Below, one piece after another: positions 57,901 through 64,000 of a stretch of DNA of 64,000 nucleotides (within the stretch, counting starts at the first letter, position 1; every line of letters starts with the position of its first letter). The translations under genes were made by a program, and so were the position numbers. The DNA is from Scenedesmus sp. PABB004 (lineage: Eukaryota): NCBI GenBank assembly GCA_014905635.1, contig JABVCE010000005.1, forward strand, positions 1,550,001 through 1,614,000, read 5' to 3'. The notes under the pieces are model-generated. The model did no database searches and was not told the DNA's origin. It saw only the letters and a list, made by a program, of their open reading frames with translations.

Positions 57901-59319
57901 TTACCGGCCGCAGAGGCGCGCGGGGTCGAACGCCGACACGTCCAGCGTCAGCGCCGCGCCCGCGACCATCTCGGCCACCGCCCGCCCCGTGGCGGGCGCG
58001 TTCAGGATTCCCCAGCAGCCGTGGCCCGTCGCGACGAACGCCCCCGGCACGCCCGGCAGCGGCCCGATCGCGGGCAGGCCGTCGTCGCAGAGCGGGAGGT
58101 AGCACGCCTGCGCCGCCTCGACCGGCGCGCCCGCCAGGCCCGACGCGAGCGCGCCCGCGACCGCCTGCAGCGCCTCGCAGCGCGCGCGCTCCACCGTCAC
58201 CGCGGCGGGGCCCTCCGGCGGCATCGGCAGCGCCTGCGGCTCGCCGCACACGTACACGGTGCCGTCGGGCCGCGGGTAGAGCTCAGGCTCGACCGACCTG
58301 CGCGCGGCGGGGCGGAGGGCGCGGTGGAGGGCGCGGCGGGGCGCTGCGGCGCCGCGGGGCGCCGCGGCGCGGCGGCCGCGGCGCCCGCAGCGCGCGCCCC
58401 TGCACATCCTTCCCGCGCACCGGCCGTCGGCGGTGCGGAACGACGTGAACACGCACGTCCCGCCCACGGGCGCCGCCGGGCGCAGGACCACGCTGTGGTA
58501 CTTCTGGCCCGCCGTCGCGGGCGCGCCGGGCAGCCACGCGCGCGCCGCGCCGGTCCAGGGCCCCATCGCGAGCACCACCGCGTCCGCGGCCAGCTCCTCC
58601 TCCTCCCCCTCCTCTCCCTCCTGCCCCCACCGCCGCACGCGCACGCCGCGCACGGCGCCGCTGCCGTCGTCGCGGCGCACGCCCACGACGGTGCCCAGCA
58701 GCAGCGCCGCGCCCGCCTGCCGCTCCGCCGCGGCCATGAGGGCAGCGGTGAGGCGCGCGGGGTGCACCTGCGCCGTGCTGGCGGTGCTGCCGAGCGCGCT
58801 CGACGCCAGCACGCCGCGCCCGTCCAGCCACGCGGGCAGCGGCGCGCCGAGCCGCGCGCCGGGGGCCCCGCCGCCCGCCGGCGCCGCCGCCGCGGCCGTC
58901 GCAGTGACCTGGATCGTGTCGACGGCGCGGTAGCCGAGCGCGCCGGCGCCAAGCTCGTCGGCAAGCTGGCGGTGCAGCTCGTACGAGGGGCGCGCTGCGC
59001 CTGCAGCGGGCTGCGAGCGCCTCCCGCTCCACGACGGTCGCGCTCAGCCCGAGCTTCGCCAGGTAAAACGCCGTCGCCGCGCCGATGACGCCGCCGCCGC
59101 AGATGACCACGCTGCGCGCAGGCGGGCCGGGAGGTGGCGCTGGAGCGCAGGCGCGTGCGGCGCAGCCCCAGCCGCAGCGCCGCACCGCTTGCTGCCGCCT
59201 CCGCCGCTGCTCGCCATCGTCACCAGCCGAACGCGACGCCCGGCGCGCCCTGGCCTGCTGTGCTGCAGACAGCACGGGCCGGCCGGAAGCGGCGCCGCGG
59301 CGCGGCGGAGCGCGCGCAT
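57901..59319 (-). pseudogene. FAD-dependent oxidoreductase (DAO-like), apparently disrupted
   Basis: VVICGGGVIGA, VVLAMGPW, PELYPRPDGTVYVCG, QACYLP, ATGHGCWGILNAPATG. A frameshift and missing segment occur near 58985-59010. Confidence 0.7.
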
Positions 59320-59538
59320 CTGCGCCGCTGCGATCGGCCGCGGCGCTGTTGTGCAGAGGCGAGCCCGCACTGCCCGGCGCGCGCGGGGCGGCGCAGCTGC
59401 AGGGTGTGGCGCGCGCTCAACCGCAAACCGCCGCTGCTCCGCTGCCGCCGCGCGACGATCTGCCATCGCCCCGCCGCCGCCACGCACAGGCGCCTCCCCC
59501 GGAACTGTGCGTGCCGCGTGCGCGGCCGGGGAAGCCGC

Positions 59539-60003
59539 ATGCCCGCCGCCGCCGGCGCCGCCGCTCCTGCAACCGCCGCCGCCGCTGCGCCGCCCGACCC
59601 CGACCCCTGGCTCGCCGCCGACAAGCTGCAGCACCTCACCGCCTGCGCCGCGGTGGTCCTGGCCGTGTACGCCGCGGCGTGGCGCTGGCGCCGCGACCGC
59701 CGGCTCGCGCTCGCTGCGGGCGTGCTCGCGTCGCTGGTCGTCGCGGCTGGCAAGGAGCTGGGCGACCAGCTCCACTGGTGGCCCGGCCGGCTCTCGTATC
59801 GCGACCTTGCCGCTGACTTCGTTGGCACGGCGCTCGGCGTCGCCGTGACGCTGGCCGTGCACCGCCCGCCGTCCAGCTCGGCGGCGCTGTCCGGGCTCGC
59901 GGGCCGGCTGCGGCCGCCCCGCGCCGGCGCCGGCTACGCGGCGGTGCCGGCCGAGGCCGACGTCGAGCTGGGCCTGGCCGGCGGCAGCGCGGCGCGGCCC
60001 TGA
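59539..60003 (+). CDS. YfiM/VanZ-like small membrane protein
   Basis: DPWLAADKLQH..AAGKELGD..SYRDLAADFVG. Confidence 0.75.
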   Translation: MPAAAGAAAPATAAAAAPPDPDPWLAADKLQHLTACAAVVLAVYAAAWRWRRDRRLALAAGVLASLVVAAGKELGDQLHWWPGRLSYRDLAADFVGTALGVAVTLAVHRPPSSSAALSGLAGRLRPPRAGAGYAAVPAEADVELGLAGGSAARP

Positions 60004-60035
60004 GCCGGCGGCCGCCCCCGGCAGCGAGCTCGTGC

Positions 60036-61081
60036 ATGGCGCTCGTGCCGTTCCGTGTGAGCGGCGCGGCGGCGAGCCAGCAGCTGGACCAGCAGTTAAT
60101 GCAGGTCGGACCGCACGCCCTGCTGCTGCGGCAGCGGCCGCGCGAGAGCGGCAACACCGCGCACCTGCAGGCGCAGGGCGGGGCGGCCGCGCACGGGCGG
60201 CAGCAGCAGCAGGCGCGCCCCGACCTGTCGCGCGTGGGGCTGGTGCTCTGGTCGAGCGGCTTCGTGCTGGCCGACTGGCTGCTGCTGCGGCTGCCAGACC
60301 TGCTTCCGGGCGGCGCCGGCGGCCCCGGCGGCGGGGGCGGCTGGGCCGGCGTGCGCGTGCTGGAGCTCGGCTGCGGCGCCGGCACGGTCGGGCTGTTCCT
60401 CGCGCGCGCGGGCGCGCAGGTGCTGCTCACAGACCAGGCCCACGTGCTGCCGCTGACGCGGGAGAATGTGGACGCCGCGTTTGGCCGCCCCGACGGCGCG
60501 GCGGCGGCGCGCCGGGGCCCAGGCGCGGCGGCAGCGTCGGCGCCGGAGCCGGCCTGGGCCGTGTTTGGCGCGGGCCCCATGGTCGTCGAGTACAACTGGG
60601 GCGAGCCGGCCGCGGCGCTGCGCGGCCGCGTGGCCGCCGCGGCGGCGGCGCGCCTCGGGGGACGGGCGCCGCTGCCGGCGGCGGCGGCGGCGATGCCGCA
60701 GCAGCGGCGGCGGCGGCGGCGGCAGACGCGGTCGCGGCCACGGCCTTCGACGTGCTGGTGGCAGCGGACGTGCTGTATGACCCCGGCAGCCACGCGGCGC
60801 TGCTGGACAGCCTGCGCGAACTCTGCGCGCCGCACACCCAGGTGCGCAGCAGGCCGGCCGCGCGCGCGCAGCGCTGGGGCGCGCGTGTGCGGGCCTGGCG
60901 CCGAGCGCGGGCGCCGGCGCAGGTGTGGCTCGCCTACCGCGCGCGGGGCCTGGGCGAGGAGGCGTTCGAGGCGGCCGCCGCCGACGCGGGCTGGGTGGTG
61001 GAGGCAGCGCCGCGCGAGTCGCTGCACACAGAGTTCAGCGGCGGCGACTACCGCGTGCTGCGCCTCGCGGCGGTGGGCTGA
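60036..61081 (+). CDS. METTL21-like (family 16) protein lysine methyltransferase
   Basis: VGLVLWSSGFVLA, VLELGCGAG, LTDQ, YNWG, FDVLVAADVLYD. A frame change near 60600-60725 needs an intron or an indel. Confidence 0.75.
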
Positions 61082-61120
61082 GCGCTGCGTTGCCTCACCG
61101 GCTGACCGCGCGCCGGACAG

Positions 61121-61352
61121 CCTGCTCGGCCTGGTCAACGGCTCCCTGCGCATGGCGCACAGGCGAGGCGGCGGCGCGGCGGCGCCGGCGTCGCGGCGAG
61201 CGGGCGTGCCGACCGCCCGGCGCCGCGCGCGCAGGGTCGCGCTGCGCTTCATCGCGCTGCGCGAGGACTTTAGGACGGCCAAGGTGGACGGCAAGACGCT
61301 GCAGGAGCTCTTCTCCGGCGAGGGCATGGAGGGCCAGCTCGGGGCGCGCTGA
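61121..61352 (+). pseudogene. Orphan 3' exons of an unidentified gene
   Basis: Spliced LLGLVNGSLRMAHR/VALRFIALREDFRTAKVDGKTLQELFSGEGMEGQLGAR* with no in-frame upstream exon visible. Confidence 0.5.
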
Positions 61353-61601
61353 GCGGCGTGTCGTTTGCGTGTTTTTCCTTTGTTTTGCGTCGCATGCGTG
61401 CGGCGCGCGGTGGCAACTTTTTCGGCGAGATTTGTAACATGTTTGTGCGTTCGAGGGGGGTGTTTTGGGGTGGTCAGTTTGGCGATGTGGGGTGTTTGTT
61501 ACGCTTGTGTGTTGCTGGTTATATGCGCTGCAAGCGCGTTCGGCTGCCAACTGTCCTTGGGAGCAGCCCCCCAATGGGATCCAGCCTGCGATGTGTTGCA
61601 G

Positions 61602-61674
61602 GCCCGGTTAGCTCAGTCGGTAGAGCGCAAGGCTCTTAACCTTGTGGTCGTGGGTTCGAGCCCCACATCGGGCG
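61602..61674 (+). tRNA. tRNA-Lys(CUU), copy 2
   Basis: Identical to copy 1. Confidence 0.97.
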
Positions 61675-62397
61675 TCCATTTTGCACCGCACACGCCCTGT
61701 TGAAGCCCCCACGCACGCCCCACGCACGCCCCGCGCCACGCCCGACCCAACGGGCCGCGCGCCGCGCCGCGCCGGCGCCCGAGCAGCCCGCGCCGCCGCA
61801 CGCCGCGCCGCCGGCAGCCGCCGCGCCGCCGCGTCGCAGCCACCGGCGCGCGCGGCGGTGCGTGCTGAGCTGCCTGGGGCACAGGTACACAGCCACAGGC
61901 AGGCCCCGCCGCTGCCGGCCCTGGGACGCGCCGCCCGCGTGCGCTGCCGGCGACGCGCGGCGGGCGCGGCGGCGCCGGGCTGGCACCTCGCGCCAAGTGG
62001 CTGCGGCACCGGTCAGCTGCCACCCTGCGGCTGGCCGGGAGCACCGCCGTCAGCCGTCAGCCCGCCCAGCGCGGCGGCCGGGTCGGCGCTCGCGCCCACG
62101 GCGGCGCAAGCGCGGGGGTTCAGCAGCCCGTGCAGACGCGCGCCATCTGCAGCGAGTGTCAGTCGCTCTTGAGACGGCGCGTGCTAGCCTCGCGGCGCGG
62201 GCAGACGCGGCGGAGCAGCGCCGCCGCTCCACGGTCGCCGCCGGCCGGCACTCGCCCCGCAGCGCCACTGTTCTCTGCCCCTCCGGCCGGCCGCGGTGCT
62301 GCCAGATGGTCCCCGGCTGAGCGCCGCGATCCGCGGCCCGCGCGCGGCGGCGCGGCAGCAGCGCCGCGCTCGTCGGCGCCGCCAACCGCCGCGCGCG

Positions 62398-64000
62398 ATG
62401 CCGGGCCACGCGTCCACGCCCGCGCTGATCAATCCCGAGTACTTCAAGGCCGACTTCAGCGTGGACGGGTTTTTGGTGAAGCTGACGCAGGACGTGCTCG
62501 AGCGCGGCGGCGCCGGCGGCGGCGGCGGCGGTGCGGGCGGCGCCGCGACGCGCGCCGATGGCGCGCCGATCAGCAACGAGGAGTGCGCGGCGGCCACCAT
62601 TGACCGCGTGCAGCGCCTCATCAAGCGCTTCATCCAGGCGGAGTATGAGATCGCGTCGCTGGGGCAGGACGTGACCGCGAAGCTCGCCGAGCTGCACGGC
62701 GCCGCCGACGCTGACGAGGCGCACTACAAGGCGCGCCCACGCGGCGGCGGCGCGGCACTGGGGCGGGCGGGCGGGCGGCGGCCGCGTGCCGGGGCCGCGC
62801 GGGCGGCGTGCCGCGCCGCCGACCCCGCCGGCCGCCGCACGCGCAGGCCGAGGTGCGCACGCTGGAGCGCCTGGCCGAGCGCATCAAGGCGGGCATCCGA
62901 GACATCGACGGCCGCGTGAGCGCGGTCAGCCAGACCGCCACGCGCGTCGGCGACCGCCTGCAGGTGCGTGTGCGCCGCGCCGCGCGCGGCTGCGCGCGCC
63001 CCGCCACGCCCCGCGCCGACGGCGCGCCGACGCCCCCGCGCGCAGACGGCGGAGGGCCTGCGCGTGCGCTGCCTGGAGGCGCAGGAGCTCATCGCCCACC
63101 TGCAGGCATTCTCCTGCCACGCCGCGCCGGACGGAGACTGGGGCAAGCTGCCGCCGCTCTTCACCAACGACGCCACGTTCGCAGAGGCGGCGGTGCGCCG
63201 CGCCGCGCCGCCCCGCGCCGCCCGTGCTGGCCGCGCCATGCTGCCGTGTGCGCGGGCTGACCGGGGCTCCGCGCCCGCCGCCGCGGCGCGCGCAGGCGGT
63301 GAGCCGCCGTCTGGCGCTGCTGGCGGGCGACGTCGCGGCCGCGAAGCAGCGCACGCGGATGGGCGCGCCGCCGTTGGACTCGCCGAGCGCGCAGACGCCC
63401 GGCAACCTCGGCGGCATCGGCAGCGTGGAGCACACGCTGCGGGTGCGTGCTCCGCGGCGCGCGCCGACGCGCGCCGGCGCCCCGCACTTACACACAGCCG
63501 CCACGCGGCTGTGCCGCGCGGCCACCGCCAACGTTTGCTCGCCGCCGCGGCGCCCGGCGCAGGTGCTCGAGGGTTACGCCAACTGGCTGGAGAACCGCGT
63601 GGTCGGCCGCTTCGATGCGGCGGTCGCGGACGACGACCTCGCCGGCCAGGCCGCGGCGGTGGCCATCATGACCGAGCTGGGCAAGGAGCGCAGCATCGCG
63701 CAGGTGCGGCGGCGCGCGGCGCGCACACGCGGGCGGGCGGCGGGCGCGGGGTGCGCGCCCCGCTCGCGCCCAGTTCACGCCGGCCTCGCGCGGCGCCGCC
63801 GCCGCCGCCGCGCCGCGCGCAGCGCTGGGTTGCGTCGCGGCCGATGTTCCTGGCGTTCTCGCCCGAGGTGCTCGACGACTGGGTGCGCCGCGCGAGCAAG
63901 CAGGCGCCGCCGCCGCCACGCGCCGGCGGCGGCGGCGACGGCGGCGACGGCGGCGACGGCGGCGAGGACGAGGGCGAGCAGGAGTGCGACCTGGTGTCGC
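62398..64000 (+). CDS. SEC10: Exocyst component SEC10/EXOC5, 3'-partial
   Basis: FKADFSVDGFL, coiled coil, IDGRVSAVSQTATRVGDRLQTAE..AQELIAHL, YANWLENRVVGRFD. Confidence 0.82.

Noticed and set aside
1..64000. Hundreds of long overlapping Arg/Ala/Pro/Gly-rich ORFs
   Set aside because: Expected from stop-codon scarcity at very high GC. Only frames with family motifs were accepted.

Overview
Very GC-rich, intron-rich eukaryotic nuclear DNA. The gene set, short GC-rich introns and TGTAA-type 3' signals suggest a chlorophyte green alga (inference). Most long six-frame ORFs are GC-content artefacts, so genes were rebuilt by hand from splice sites and motifs. The window holds about 25 protein genes: a SMYD methyltransferase, CK2 beta, thioredoxin, a SAM methyltransferase, meiotic REC8 and MND1, a SKIP31-like F-box, the CAF-1 large subunit, a bL32-like protein, a divergent Pol delta-like polymerase, a secreted malectin-repeat protein, a TRP-type channel, a kinase, RimI, beta-ureidopropionase, two PMP3 copies, an FAD oxidoreductase, YfiM-like and METTL21-like genes, and partial SEC10. 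There are also two tRNA-Lys(CUU) genes. The most notable items are: (1) a Pol delta paralogue with all three proofreading motifs degenerate and YAQTDS in motif C; (2) two local inverted duplications, each next to a meiotic gene, plus a direct duplication of a tRNA; (3) two 5'-truncated non-LTR retrotransposon insertions with target-site duplications; (4) many GC-AG introns; (5) a near-perfect 914-bp intragenic triplication. Exon boundaries are manual and approximate. No searches were run.
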